A program made the translations under genes and the position numbers. The notes beneath the pieces were generated by a model that worked only from the letters and a program-made list of their open reading frames with translations, was not told the origin of the DNA and made no database searches. Below, one piece after another: positions 27,090 through 37,739 of a stretch of DNA of 64,000 nucleotides (positions are counted from its first letter, which is position 1; the number at the start of each line of letters is the position of its first letter). This stretch comes from Pseudomonadota bacterium (GTDB lineage Bacteria > Pseudomonadota > Alphaproteobacteria > Sphingomonadales > Sphingomonadaceae), in the NCBI GenBank assembly GCA_040390365.1, contig JAZJYM010000001.1:1291-65290 (forward strand), read 5' to 3'.

Positions 27090-28943
27090 ATGCCCGTACC
27101 AATTACCACCGCCGATCAAATCGTCATCACCGCCTCGCGCGCTCCCCAGACCGAAACCGAGACCGCGGCCAGCGTCACCCTGATCGACCGCCAGCGCATC
27201 GAGCGCCTCGGCGAGCCCATGGTCCCCGCCCTTGTCCGCCTGACGCCGTCGGCCGCGGTCACCAGCATCGGTCCGGCCGGATCGCTATCGGAGGTCCGGA
27301 TCAGGGGCGCTGAAGCCAATCATACCTTGCTGTTCATCGACGGGATCCGCGCCAATGATCCGGCGGCTGGCGATACGCCGCGCTTCGAACTGCTCAATTC
27401 CGACCTGGTGTCGCGGGTCGAAGTGGTTCGCGGACCGCAATCGGCTTTGTGGGGCGCGGATGCGATCGGCGGAGTCATCGCGATCGACGGCACCGATGCT
27501 CCGGGACTTGCCGCATCGAGCGAGGCCGGGAGCTTCGGTTTCCGCCGTGCCTCCATCGCTGGCGGGCTTGAAGGCGGCGGAGCGACATTATCGGCTGCCA
27601 TCGGCTTTCAGCGCGCAGCTGGAATCGACAGTTTCGGAAGCCCTGGCGGCGACAAGGACGGCTTTCGCAATCTGTCCGGCCGGGTCCGGGCGACTTATGC
27701 CCTCGCACCGCAGGTGAAGATCGGAGCTTCCGGCTTTGTCCTCACCGGCCGAAGCCAGTTCGACGGTTATGATCCCATCAGTTTCGAACATCTGGACACG
27801 CTCGACAACAGCCGCAACCGTCTGGCCGCGGGCCGCTTGTGGGTCGAGGGTGGCAGCCTGACCTCGGACTGGACCGGGCACATCGCGCTGTCGACCCTGT
27901 CCTCGTCGAACCGCAACCTTCTCGGCAGCGACCCGGTCAACCGGACGAGCGGCAAGAGAACCAACGCCGAAGTGCAGGTCGAGCGGCGCTTTGCCACCGG
28001 GACGATCAACCATCGGCTGATCGCCGCGGTCGAAGTCGAGGAGGAGCGCTTCCATTCGCGCGATATCATCTATGGCGGCTTTTCCAACCAGGATCAGGAC
28101 CGGTCGCATCACTCGCTGACCGTCGAATGGCGCGGCCAGGCGGGGCGCGTGAATGCCGATGTCGCGCTGCGCCGCGATGTCTTCAATCGGTTCAAGGACG
28201 CGACGACATTGCGCGCATCCGGGCGGGTCGACGTCGGTCGAGGATTTGCGATCGCGGCTTCTTATGGCGAAGGCATTGCCCAGCCGACCTTTTTCGACCT
28301 CTACGGCTTTTTTCCCGGAAACTTCATTGGCAATCCGTCGCTTAGTTCGGAAACCTCACGCGGGTTTGAAGCATCAATTCGCTACCGCAAGGGCGGCTTG
28401 AGCGCTGCGCTGACCGCTTTTCGTCAGCTCCTTCACGGCGAAATCGTCGATGTGTTCGATCCCCTCACCTTTCAATCCTCGACCGCCAATCGCGCGGGAT
28501 CGAACCACCGCAGCGGGGTTGAGGGCGAAGTCGCCTGGGCGCCATCGGACCGCCTTCATCTGACCGCATACTATGCGTTCCTCCATGCCACCGAGCCCGA
28601 TCCCTTATCCACCGGCCAGATGGTCGAACTGCGCCGCCCCAGGCACAGCGGATCGATCGCCGCCGATGGGGCGGTCGGCCGCTGGAGCTATGCCGCGTCC
28701 TTGGCCTATGTCGGTACGCATCGCGACCGGCGCGACAATTATCCCTATGATGTTCTGCGGTTGGGCAGTTACGCGCTGCTTGACGCGCGGATCGCTTATT
28801 CGGTCAGGCACAACATCGAAGTGTTCGCGCGCGGGTCCAACCTGCTCGGCCAGAAATATCAGGATAGCGCGGGCTATCGCACCGAAGGCACCGGCCTCTA
28901 TGCCGGGGTCAGGCTGACGGCGGGTCGGCGATCATCGCCGTGA
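27090..28943 (+). CDS. btuB: TonB-dependent cobalamin receptor (BtuB-like), no N-terminal signal peptide evident
   Basis: TonB box DQIVITAS; plug motifs [15 protein letters not shown] and [21 protein letters not shown]; downstream of B12 riboswitch; GGAGG RBS before ATG 27090. Confidence 0.88.
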   Translation: MPVPITTADQIVITASRAPQTETETAASVTLIDRQRIERLGEPMVPALVRLTPSAAVTSIGPAGSLSEVRIRGAEANHTLLFIDGIRANDPAAGDTPRFELLNSDLVSRVEVVRGPQSALWGADAIGGVIAIDGTDAPGLAASSEAGSFGFRRASIAGGLEGGGATLSAAIGFQRAAGIDSFGSPGGDKDGFRNLSGRVRATYALAPQVKIGASGFVLTGRSQFDGYDPISFEHLDTLDNSRNRLAAGRLWVEGGSLTSDWTGHIALSTLSSSNRNLLGSDPVNRTSGKRTNAEVQVERRFATGTINHRLIAAVEVEEERFHSRDIIYGGFSNQDQDRSHHSLTVEWRGQAGRVNADVALRRDVFNRFKDATTLRASGRVDVGRGFAIAASYGEGIAQPTFFDLYGFFPGNFIGNPSLSSETSRGFEASIRYRKGGLSAALTAFRQLLHGEIVDVFDPLTFQSSTANRAGSNHRSGVEGEVAWAPSDRLHLTAYYAFLHATEPDPLSTGQMVELRRPRHSGSIAADGAVGRWSYAASLAYVGTHRDRRDNYPYDVLRLGSYALLDARIAYSVRHNIEVFARGSNLLGQKYQDSAGYRTEGTGLYAGVRLTAGRRSSP

Positions 28944-29385
28944 AACTGGCTTCGGCGGCAAGCTTGCCATTGACGCTGGCGCGACCGGCGAACTTGCACA
29001 CGCTCGAGCGTTTCTGGACGAATTCGACGTCGAGCTGGAGGAGGCAGCCCGGTTCCACCGGAGCGCGGAACTTGGCGCCTTCAATGGCCATGAAATAGAC
29101 CAATTTGCCGGTTCCCGCGAGGCCGAGGCTTTCGACCGCGAGCACGCCCGCGGCCTGAGCCAGAGCTTCGACGATGAGCACGCCGGGCATGATCGGCCGG
29201 CCGGGAAAATGCCCCTGGAAGAAGCCCTCGTTGATCGTGACCGCCTTGATGGCGGTGATCGAGACGTCCTTTTCGAGGCGCTCGACCCGGTCGACGAGCA
29301 GCATCGGATAGCGATGCGGCAGTGCCGCCATCACCTGCCAGACATCCAGCGTGGTGACGGCAGTGCTATCCGGTGCATCGCTCAT
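28909..29385 (-). CDS. fabZ: 3-hydroxyacyl-ACP dehydratase
   Basis: Motifs [11 protein letters not shown] and [20 protein letters not shown]. Confidence 0.98.
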   Translation of the reverse strand: MSDAPDSTAVTTLDVWQVMAALPHRYPMLLVDRVERLEKDVSITAIKAVTINEGFFQGHFPGRPIMPGVLIVEALAQAAGVLAVESLGLAGTGKLVYFMAIEGAKFRAPVEPGCLLQLDVEFVQKRSSVCKFAGRASVNGKLAAEASFTAMIADPPSA

Positions 29386-29391
29386 CGCGGC

Positions 29392-29976
29392 TTAGCGGCC
29401 CTGCGGCGCCTGTTGGGCCTGCGCCGGCGCGGTGGTCACAAGCGATGGCAGGCTGGCGTTAAGCCCAGCGGTGACGTCGGCCGTCACGTCGATCGCGGCG
29501 GTGGTAGCGAGGGTCGCCCCGGCTTCGACCAATAGATTGGCGCCGCGACGCTGCATCACCTGCTGATAGATCGGCCCGAGCTTGGTTCCGATCTGCTGCT
29601 GGATATACTGCTGGTTGCGCTGGATTTCCTGCTGCTTACGGCTCAATTCGGCGGCACCCGATTGTTGCTTGGTCTGGAACGCCTTGATCCGCGCCTGGAG
29701 CGCTGCATCGGGCTGCTTTCCAGCAAGTGCGTCAATTGCCGCCTGGATCGACTGGGCCTCGGTCTTGAGCGGGCCTTCGAGCGCGGTTTCGCGGGCCGCG
29801 AGCGCGTTCGCCTGGGCCTTGAGCGTGGCCGCGGCCGATTTGCAGGCGGTGCAATCGGTGGTGACCTTGTCGAGATCGACGACCGCGACAACCGCTGCCG
29901 GAAGGGCCTGCGCCTGGGCGGCGGCGGGCGCGAGGAATGCGGCCGCCAGGGCAGCCGAAACGAGCAATTTTGTCAT
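29392..29976 (-). CDS. skp: OmpH/Skp periplasmic chaperone
   Basis: Signal peptide, VAVVDLDKV motif, coiled coil; located between bamA and fabZ. Confidence 0.88.
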   Translation of the reverse strand: MTKLLVSAALAAAFLAPAAAQAQALPAAVVAVVDLDKVTTDCTACKSAAATLKAQANALAARETALEGPLKTEAQSIQAAIDALAGKQPDAALQARIKAFQTKQQSGAAELSRKQQEIQRNQQYIQQQIGTKLGPIYQQVMQRRGANLLVEAGATLATTAAIDVTADVTAGLNASLPSLVTTAPAQAQQAPQGR

Positions 29977-32627
29977 TAGAATGATGTTCCTACGTTGAAG
30001 CTAAACAATTTGGTTTTATCGCCGTCCTGCTTGAGGATGGCTCTGGCGAGATCGATACGGAGCGGCCCGAACGGCGACACCCAGTTAAAGCCGATGCCGA
30101 TCGCCAGGCGCGGCTTGGGCGAATTGCCGACAAAGACTTCCCTGCTGCCTGGAGTGGCGGTGAATTTGGTCGGATCGCCGACCGGGGTTATCGCCCCAGT
30201 TTGAGGATTGATCGCAAAGGTACATTGCGGGTTCGGGCTCTGGAATGTCGGCAGACCAGTCGTTCCGGCATTGGGGCTGCAGATCGCGACAACATCCGTC
30301 AGTTTTGGCTGGGTGACCTTCCACAAGGACCCGACATCAAGAAACACCGAGGGTCGGATGCCCGCGCTTCGAAGCGCGGAAGTGGTCGGCAGTTCAAGCT
30401 CGATCCGGCCCATGTAGAAAGCGCGGCCGCCAAGCGCGTCCTGAATGCGGCCCTTGCCAGTATCGAGCGAAGCGACGCCGTCGGTAAAGATGTATGGAAT
30501 ACGCTGTACCCGTGGACCAATGCCGCGAATATCGAAGCCGCGCAGTTGCGGCCCGAAGAAGCGGTCGGTCAGCCGGACTGCGTCGCGGAATTCGCCAGGC
30601 GACTTTTGCAACGGAACGATCAACCCGCCTTCGGCATGGAGCGAAAGAACGAAACCGCCGCCGAAGCCCTTATATTTGGTGCCGTCGGCGCGGGTCCGAA
30701 GGTAGCGAACGTCGCCGCCCAAACCGGCGAAATCCTGCGACATGGTGAACCGCTGGCCGCGCGTCGGGCGGAAGCCGTTGGTGCTGTCGAACAGCAGGGA
30801 ATACCCAACCGACGAGGTGGTACGGGTGCCGAGTTCGTTGCACAGATATTGGCCGGCCTTGAAGGGATCGCAGACGCCGTCGGTGTAGAAGGTCGCCTTG
30901 TTGAGCGAAACCGTGTCCTTGACGAGGTTGTAGCGACCGCCAAGGCTCCAGAATTCGGTCAGCGGGAATCCGGTTCTAAGACCCAGTCCAACGCTGTTTT
31001 GGGCGTAGGTCGTCTCGCGGCTGCGGCCGACGAAATTGAAACTCTTGTAGTCGCGGCGATAGATTTGCGCGCCGACCAGGATCTGCTTGTCGAGGAAATA
31101 GGGTTCGACAAAGCCCAGCTGGGCCGACTTGGAATAGCGCGACCAATTGACCGAGGCGTCGAACTGCTGGCCCTTGCCCATGAAATTGTTCTGCGACAGC
31201 CCCAGCTGCACGACGAATCGTTCGAGGCTTGAATAGCCGCCGGACAATTGCAGCTGTCCGGTCGGCTTTTCCTCGACGTCGACCGACAGGATGACGCGAT
31301 CGGGCGCCGACCCTTCGGACTGCTTGATTTCAAGATTTTGCTGGAAAAAGCCAAGGCTTTGGATCCGGTCATGGCTGCGCTTGACCTTGAGCGCGTTGAA
31401 GGCATCGCCTTCATTGACCCGGAATTCGCGCCGGATGACCTTGTCGCGGGTCGTGGTGTTACCGGTAATGTCGATCCGTTCGACGTAGACGCGCGGCGTC
31501 TGACCGGCCTTAACGGTGACGTTCATCAGCCGCTTGTCGGAAGCGCGATCATAGACCGGGCTGATGTCGGCGAAGGCATAGCCAAGGTTGCCGGCTGCTT
31601 CCTCGACGTCGGTGACCGCATCTTCGATCTTCTTGGCGTTGAACCAGGTACCGGGGACGACCTTGACCAGTCCGACGACCTCCGAGTTGGGAAGGTCGCG
31701 CAGGGCGCTGTCGGCCTGGACGGTGCCGAATTTGTAGCGCGGCCCTTCCTCGACTACATAAGTGATGACGAAGTCGCGGCGGTCGGGGGTCAGCTCCGCA
31801 AGCGCCGAGACGACGCGGAAATCGGCATAGCCCTGGGTGAGATAGAAGGCGCGCAGCTTCTGCTGGTCGGCGGCCAGGCGATCGGGATCGTAAGTATCGT
31901 TGGACTTGAAGAAACCGAGGATTCCACCGGCCTGCTTAGTGTACATTTCCTTGCGCAGGCGGCCATCGCCGAAATTATTGTTGCCGATGACGTTGATCGC
32001 CCGGACCTTGGCCAGATCGCCTTCGTAAATTTCGAACACCACATCGACCCGGTTCTGGTCGAGCTGGACGATCTTGGGTTCGACGCGGGCGGCAAAGCGG
32101 CCCTGACGGCGATAGAGTTCGAGGATCCGATCGACGTCGGCGCGAACCGCGGAACGGGTAAAGATTTGCCTCGGCGCGAGCTTGATCTCGGGCGTGATCT
32201 TGTCTTCCTTGAGGCGCTTGTTGCCCTCCAGAATGATGCGGTTGATGACCGGGTTTTCCTTGACTGCAATGACCAGATTGCCGGTGTCCGCGCCGCTGAT
32301 CGTGACGTCGGCGAACAGCTGGGTGGCGTACAGGTCCTTGAGCGCCTGATCGAGCTTGCTCGCGGTATAGGTCTGGCCGTTCGACAGATTGGCATAAGCG
32401 CGGATGGTTTCCGGCTCGAGCCGCTGGTTGCCGGTGACATTGATCGACTGGATGACCTGCTCGGCCGGGGCCGCAAGCACCAATGGCGCGGGCGCCGCTT
32501 CGGCCGGCGGCGGAGCAGGCGCTTCGGCGGCCTGGGCATAGGCTGCGGTGGATGTCCCGCCAAGGATGGTCCCGACCAGGAGAAGCGCACCGGCGCGACT
32601 GCTGAAGCTCTTGGAATTTGAAATCAC
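29976..32627 (-). CDS. bamA: Outer membrane protein assembly factor BamA
   Basis: POTRA repeats (GNQRLE, GNTTTRDKVIRRE), LRGF loop-6 motif, SPFGPL, terminal FSFNVGTSF; GTG start inferred. Confidence 0.97.
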   Translation of the reverse strand: MISNSKSFSSRAGALLLVGTILGGTSTAAYAQAAEAPAPPPAEAAPAPLVLAAPAEQVIQSINVTGNQRLEPETIRAYANLSNGQTYTASKLDQALKDLYATQLFADVTISGADTGNLVIAVKENPVINRIILEGNKRLKEDKITPEIKLAPRQIFTRSAVRADVDRILELYRRQGRFAARVEPKIVQLDQNRVDVVFEIYEGDLAKVRAINVIGNNNFGDGRLRKEMYTKQAGGILGFFKSNDTYDPDRLAADQQKLRAFYLTQGYADFRVVSALAELTPDRRDFVITYVVEEGPRYKFGTVQADSALRDLPNSEVVGLVKVVPGTWFNAKKIEDAVTDVEEAAGNLGYAFADISPVYDRASDKRLMNVTVKAGQTPRVYVERIDITGNTTTRDKVIRREFRVNEGDAFNALKVKRSHDRIQSLGFFQQNLEIKQSEGSAPDRVILSVDVEEKPTGQLQLSGGYSSLERFVVQLGLSQNNFMGKGQQFDASVNWSRYSKSAQLGFVEPYFLDKQILVGAQIYRRDYKSFNFVGRSRETTYAQNSVGLGLRTGFPLTEFWSLGGRYNLVKDTVSLNKATFYTDGVCDPFKAGQYLCNELGTRTTSSVGYSLLFDSTNGFRPTRGQRFTMSQDFAGLGGDVRYLRTRADGTKYKGFGGGFVLSLHAEGGLIVPLQKSPGEFRDAVRLTDRFFGPQLRGFDIRGIGPRVQRIPYIFTDGVASLDTGKGRIQDALGGRAFYMGRIELELPTTSALRSAGIRPSVFLDVGSLWKVTQPKLTDVVAICSPNAGTTGLPTFQSPNPQCTFAINPQTGAITPVGDPTKFTATPGSREVFVGNSPKPRLAIGIGFNWVSPFGPLRIDLARAILKQDGDKTKLFSFNVGTSF

Positions 32628-32703
32628 GCGTCCCCGCCTTTGTGCAAAATACATGTTCGGCGTTGCAAAACGCCGTGTAAAGTCCCGCCCTGCCCGAACG
32701 TTC

Positions 32704-33831
32704 CTAACCAATCAAGCGATGTAGGCGATCCCACAGGCCAACCGATCCCAGGTCGTTGACCGTCGTAAAGACGACCAGGGCAAGAATGACGGCAAGTCCG
32801 CCCCGGAACGCCCATTCCAGCGCGCGCGCACTGAGCGGGCGCCGCCGGACCGCTTCCACGGCATAGAAGAAAAGATGTCCGCCATCCAGCATCGGGACTG
32901 GCAACAGGTTGATGAATCCCAGATTAATTGAGAACAAAGCGAGCAGCTGAACGAAGGGCAGCCAGCCGAGCGTCGCTTGCTGTCCGGCGATCTTGGCAAT
33001 CTTTATCGGTCCGCCGACATCCTCGGTTCCGCGCTGTCCGCTGATGATCTGGCCGAGCCCGTCGACCATCGAAACGGTGATCCGCCAGGTGTAACTGATG
33101 GCTTCCGGGAATGCCTGGAACGGGCTGAGGCGCTGGAGCGCGGTGGCCGAAGGATAGACGCCGAGCAGACCGCGCTCGAACTTTTCGCCAAAGGGATCGG
33201 TGATCGTGTCGGAAGTGAGCGTGACAGCGACCTGCCGTTGCTCTCCCGACCGTTCGAACGTGAGCGGAACGGTCTGCTTGGGGCGAAGCATCACGACCGA
33301 CCTTATGTCGTCGAAATTGGGCGTCGCGCGGTCGGCGATTGTCAGAATCTTGTCGCCCGGCTGGAGGCCCGCGGCGGCGGCGGCGCTACCCGGCTGAATG
33401 ATCCCGGCGATATTCGTCCGCGGCGATCCGTAAATCATGAAAAAGGCCGCGAAAATCAGGATCGCGGTGAGGAAGTTGGCGAGCGGACCAGCGAGAACGA
33501 CCAGGAACCGCTGCCACACCGGACGCAGCTGAAACGCTTTGTCCCGAAGTTCCACCGGTATGTCGTTAAGCTCTGCCGGATTGCTCGCCGGGCTCATGTC
33601 GCCGACGAATCGCACATAGCCACCAAGCGGCAACCACGCGACTTTCCAGCGAGTCCCCTGCTTGTCGTTCCAGCCGAACAGCTCGCGGCCAAAGCCGATC
33701 GAGAATACCTCGGCCGGAATCTTGAACAGCCGGGCGACGAAATAATGGCCGAATTCGTGGATGAACACGAGCGGACCAAGAGCGCAGATGAAGGCGAGGA
33801 TGATAAGCCAGAACGGCGGCTGGGGCAGCAT
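32704..33831 (-). CDS. rseP: RIP metalloprotease RseP
   Basis: Motifs HEFGH and NLLPVPMLDGGH; PDZ domain. Confidence 0.96.
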   Translation of the reverse strand: MLPQPPFWLIILAFICALGPLVFIHEFGHYFVARLFKIPAEVFSIGFGRELFGWNDKQGTRWKVAWLPLGGYVRFVGDMSPASNPAELNDIPVELRDKAFQLRPVWQRFLVVLAGPLANFLTAILIFAAFFMIYGSPRTNIAGIIQPGSAAAAAGLQPGDKILTIADRATPNFDDIRSVVMLRPKQTVPLTFERSGEQRQVAVTLTSDTITDPFGEKFERGLLGVYPSATALQRLSPFQAFPEAISYTWRITVSMVDGLGQIISGQRGTEDVGGPIKIAKIAGQQATLGWLPFVQLLALFSINLGFINLLPVPMLDGGHLFFYAVEAVRRRPLSARALEWAFRGGLAVILALVVFTTVNDLGSVGLWDRLHRLIG

Positions 33832-34991
33832 CAGGAACAGGCCTCCTCGATCAGCCCAGAAGCCCGCCTGCGGGTCGCCTGGTCAATGGCAATCACATCG
33901 TCGATCGAGCGCGGTGCCGGACTTGTGTCCCGGTCGAGCGATTCTTCAACGATTCTCGCTATATCGGTGAAGCCGATCGTCCCTGCAAGGAAGCGTTCGA
34001 CGGCCACTTCATTGGCGGCGTTGAGAACCGTCGGCGAAGCACCCCCCGCTTCAAGCGCCCCGCGCGCCAGCCGAAGCGCTGGAAAACGCTCGGCATCGGG
34101 AGCTTCGAAATCGAGGCGGGCAAGCCCGGCGAGGTCGAGGCGCTCGGCCGGGGTCGCCATTCGCCCGGGCCAGGCCAAGGCATAAGCGATCGGGATCCGC
34201 ATGTCGGGTGCCCCGAGCTGGGCAAGCACCGAGCCATCGACGAATTCGACCAGCGAATGAATCACCGATTGAGGATGAACCACGATATCGATCCGCTCCG
34301 ACGGCAATCCGAACAGATAATGAGCTTCGATCAATTCCAGCCCCTTGTTCATCATCGTCGCCGAATCGACCGAGATTTTCGCGCCCATCGACCAATTGGG
34401 GTGGGCCACCGCCTGCGCCGGAGTGGCGTTGCTGATGGTCGCCATGGAGGAGGCGCGGAACGGCCCGCCGCTGGCGGTCAAAATGATGCGTGATACGTCT
34501 TGCGAGTGTGCGCCGTTAATACACTGAAATATCGCATTATGTTCGCTATCGATGGGGAGGATTGTCGCGCCGTTGCGGGTCGCTGCGTCGGTCATTAGCG
34601 CGCCCGCGGTGACCAGCGCTTCCTTGTTGGCGAGGGCGACGGTCCGGCCCGCTTCGACCGCCGCCATGGTCGGTTTCAAACCCGCGCAGCCGACGATCGC
34701 CGCAATCACGAGATCGGCATTGGCGGCCGCTGCGTCGGCCAGCGCGGCCTCGCCTGCCGCTGCCTCGCTGCCCGAACCCGCCAGGCGCTCTTCAAGTTCG
34801 CCGAGCAGGCCTTCGTCGGCAACAACCGCCAACTCCGCCTTGGTCCGCCGGGCGATGTCGGCCAGCGCAGCAACATTGCGAGCCGCAGTGACGGCCTTGA
34901 TGGTGAAGTCATCGGGGTTGCGCTCGATCAGATCGAGGGTCGATGATCCGATCGACCCGGTGGCGCCCAGGATCGTGACCGATTTGCTCAT
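33831..34991 (-). CDS. dxr: 1-deoxy-D-xylulose-5-phosphate reductoisomerase
   Basis: Motifs LGATGSIG, LANKE, PIDSEH and WSMGAKIS. Confidence 0.98.
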   Translation of the reverse strand: MSKSVTILGATGSIGSSTLDLIERNPDDFTIKAVTAARNVAALADIARRTKAELAVVADEGLLGELEERLAGSGSEAAAGEAALADAAAANADLVIAAIVGCAGLKPTMAAVEAGRTVALANKEALVTAGALMTDAATRNGATILPIDSEHNAIFQCINGAHSQDVSRIILTASGGPFRASSMATISNATPAQAVAHPNWSMGAKISVDSATMMNKGLELIEAHYLFGLPSERIDIVVHPQSVIHSLVEFVDGSVLAQLGAPDMRIPIAYALAWPGRMATPAERLDLAGLARLDFEAPDAERFPALRLARGALEAGGASPTVLNAANEVAVERFLAGTIGFTDIARIVEESLDRDTSPAPRSIDDVIAIDQATRRRASGLIEEACS

Positions 34992-35620
34992 GCCAGTCCG
35001 GCGAGTTGGGCGAGTGCGGTCAGCACCGCCACCGGGACAAGCCCGTCGATCCGGTCGAGGATCCCGCCATGACCGGGCAGCCAGTCGCCCGAATCCTTGA
35101 CCCCGGCGCGGCGCTTCATCCAGCTTTCGAACAAATCGCCGCACTGCGCCGCAATGGCGAACAGCGGGGCGAGGAGCAGCAAGGCATGGCCAAGGCCAGC
35201 GAACTGGACCCAGGCGCCGCCGAGGACCGCCGCCGCAACAATCCCGCCCACCAGCCCTTCGACCGTCTTGTTGGGGCTGATCGTCGGCGCCAGCTTGGTG
35301 CGGCCGAAGCTGCGGCCGGCGAAATAGGCCCCGATGTCGGTCGCCCAGGTGACGATGAAGCTCCACAGCAGCAAATAGAGTCCGTAATCGGCGCGTTCGC
35401 GGATCCACAGCAATGCCAGCGCCGGGAGCAGCGCATAGACGAAGCCCGAGGCATACCAGGCCGGCCCCCAACCGCGCACCAGCCGGGTCCATTCGAAAAA
35501 CATCAGGGTGGCGATTGCGGCGACCCCGAGCGCGAACATATTGCCGCCAAGGAAGGCCGCTCCGAGCGCCGTCGCGATCATCGCGATGCCAGTCAGGCTC
35601 CGGACCGCGAGATCGTTCAT
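34988..35620 (-). CDS. cdsA: Phosphatidate cytidylyltransferase
   Basis: Motifs SPNKTVEG and GDLFESWMKRRAGVKDSG..LPGHGGILDRIDG. Confidence 0.96.
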   Translation of the reverse strand: MNDLAVRSLTGIAMIATALGAAFLGGNMFALGVAAIATLMFFEWTRLVRGWGPAWYASGFVYALLPALALLWIRERADYGLYLLLWSFIVTWATDIGAYFAGRSFGRTKLAPTISPNKTVEGLVGGIVAAAVLGGAWVQFAGLGHALLLLAPLFAIAAQCGDLFESWMKRRAGVKDSGDWLPGHGGILDRIDGLVPVAVLTALAQLAGLA

Positions 35621-36366
35621 CGGCCACCGAAGCGGCGTTGGCGGCTGGCAAATTGGGCGAGCGCATCGGCAAAGGCCCGGTCGTCGAAATCGGGCCACAA
35701 AGTGTCGAGGAACAGCAATTCGGAATAAGCCGCCTGCCACAGCAGGAAATTGCTCAGTCGGACTTCACCCGAGGTTCGAATCAAAAGGTCGAGCGGCGGC
35801 AAATCGGCGGTTTCGAGCCGAGCGCCGATCGCCGCTTCATCGATCGTCGCAGGATCGAGGGTTCCAGCCACCGCATCCGCTGCCAGATCTCGCGCCGCAG
35901 CGGCAATTTCCGCCTGGCTGCCATAGTTCAAGGCGACGACCAGAGTCAGCCGGGTGTTGGCCCTGGTCCGCTCGACCGCGCGCTCCAACTGACCGGCGAG
36001 ATCGGGCCCAAAGGCGGCATAATCGCCGATCAGGCGCAGCCTGACGCCTTCTTTCTCGATCGTTTTAAGCTCGCGCTCGAGGTAAAAACGCATCAGCGCG
36101 GTCAGATCGGCGATTTCCTCCTCGCTTCGGCGCCAGTTTTCCGACGAAAATGCGTAGAGAGTGAGCACCTCGACCTCGTGGTCGGCGGCGGACTGGAGCG
36201 CGGTTCGAACCGCCTCGGCCCCGGCCCGGTGCCCGGCAACGCGCGGCAGCCCGCGTTTGGCGGCCCAGCGGCCGTTACCATCCATGATGATTGCAATGTG
36301 GCGCGGGATACTGGCTCGGCCGCGTTGCTGGCCGATCGGGGGATCCGGCGCTTGGGCCGCGGTCAC
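35617..36366 (-). CDS. uppS: Undecaprenyl diphosphate synthase
   Basis: Motifs [19 protein letters not shown] and [15 protein letters not shown]. Confidence 0.98.
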   Translation of the reverse strand: MTAAQAPDPPIGQQRGRASIPRHIAIIMDGNGRWAAKRGLPRVAGHRAGAEAVRTALQSAADHEVEVLTLYAFSSENWRRSEEEIADLTALMRFYLERELKTIEKEGVRLRLIGDYAAFGPDLAGQLERAVERTRANTRLTLVVALNYGSQAEIAAAARDLAADAVAGTLDPATIDEAAIGARLETADLPPLDLLIRTSGEVRLSNFLLWQAAYSELLFLDTLWPDFDDRAFADALAQFASRQRRFGGR

Positions 36367-36923
36367 TTGCCCAGGATTTCCTTTTCCTTGCTGCTCGACA
36401 GATCGTCGATGTCCTTGATCGTGTCGTCGGTCGCTTTCTGGACATCGGTTTCGAGCCGCTTGCGTTCGTCTTCGCTGATCAGCTTCTTGTTCTCGTCCTG
36501 CTTCAGATGGTCCATTCCGTCACGCCGGACGTTGCGCACCGCGACCCGCGCCTTTTCGGCATATTGGCCGACCAGCTTGGCCAGTTCCTTGCGCCGCTCT
36601 TCGGTCAGATCGGGAATCGGAAGCCGGATCATCTGGCCGTCGGTGATCGGATTAAGGCCCAGGCCGGCCGAACGGATTGCTTTTTCGACCGGTTGGACGT
36701 TGGAGCGGTCCCACACCTGGACCGACAACATGCGCGGTTCGGGCACCGACACCGTGGCGCATTGGTTGAGCGGCATGTGCGCGCCATAGACTTCGACCTG
36801 GATCGGATCGAGCAATGCGGTCGAGGCGCGGCCGGTGCGAAGGCCAACCAGATCGTGCTTGAGGGCGTCGACCGCGCCAATCATTCGGCGCTTGAGATCG
36901 GCGGTATCGATACTTGCAGGCAT
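36363..36923 (-). CDS. frr: Ribosome recycling factor
   Basis: Motifs LRTGRA and [11 protein letters not shown]. Confidence 0.98.
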   Translation of the reverse strand: MPASIDTADLKRRMIGAVDALKHDLVGLRTGRASTALLDPIQVEVYGAHMPLNQCATVSVPEPRMLSVQVWDRSNVQPVEKAIRSAGLGLNPITDGQMIRLPIPDLTEERRKELAKLVGQYAEKARVAVRNVRRDGMDHLKQDENKKLISEDERKRLETDVQKATDDTIKDIDDLSSSKEKEILGK

Positions 36924-36924
36924 T

Positions 36925-37647
36925 TTACTCTCCGTCCTGAACGACTGTCGCTGTCCCCTCGCCCGCGAGCACCTTGGCGAGGTTGCCCGGCTGGCGAACG
37001 TTGAACACGACGATCGGAATGGCATTGTCGCGGCACAAAGCGACCGCGGCTGCGTCCATCACCTTAAGATTGTCGCCGAGCACCTTGGTGAAGCTCAAAC
37101 TGTCGTAGCGTTTGGCGTCTTTCACCTTCTTGGGGTCGGCATCATAGACGCCATCGACGCTGGTGCCCTTGAACAAGGCATCGCAGCCCATTTCGGCCGC
37201 GCGCAAGGCGGCCGCGGTGTCGGTGGTGAAAAACGGATTGCCGGTGCCCGCGGCGAACAGGACGATCCGGCCCTTCTCGAGATGGCGCAACGCTCGGCGG
37301 CGGATATACGGCTCGCTGACACTGGCCATCGGAATGGCCGACTGGACACGAGTTTCGACGCCGAGCTTCTCGAGTGCATTCTGGAGCGCGAGCGCGTTCA
37401 TCACCGTCGCCAGCATTCCCATGTAATCGGCGGTGGCGCGGTCGAACCCCTTGGCCGCGGCGGCCATTCCGCGAAAGATGTTGCCCCCGCCGACGACCAG
37501 GCACAGCTCGTGCCCTTGCGCCTTGGCCGCGGCAATCTCTCCGGCGAGGCCGGCAACCGCTTCGGGATCGATGCCGAACTGGCCCTGCCCCATCAGCGCC
37601 TCGCCCGACAATTTGAGCAGGATTCGATTGAAGCGGGGGCGGGTCAT
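36925..37647 (-). CDS. pyrH: UMP kinase
   Basis: Motifs [15 protein letters not shown] and GNPFFTTD. Confidence 0.98.
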   Translation of the reverse strand: MTRPRFNRILLKLSGEALMGQGQFGIDPEAVAGLAGEIAAAKAQGHELCLVVGGGNIFRGMAAAAKGFDRATADYMGMLATVMNALALQNALEKLGVETRVQSAIPMASVSEPYIRRRALRHLEKGRIVLFAAGTGNPFFTTDTAAALRAAEMGCDALFKGTSVDGVYDADPKKVKDAKRYDSLSFTKVLGDNLKVMDAAAVALCRDNAIPIVVFNVRQPGNLAKVLAGEGTATVVQDGE

Positions 37648-37672
37648 GTGAAGGCGCGATCCTTTCGACTGC

Positions 37673-37710
37673 AAAAAGGGCGGCCCAGCCTTTATGACCG
37701 AGCCGCCCCG
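37673..37710 (-). terminator. Rho-independent terminator after tsf
   Basis: Minus strand reads GGGGCGGCTCGGTC-ATAAA-GGCTGGGCCGCCC-TTTTT. Confidence 0.8.
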
Positions 37711-37739
37711 TTGCCAACTGTTAAGCGGTTATGGAGCGC

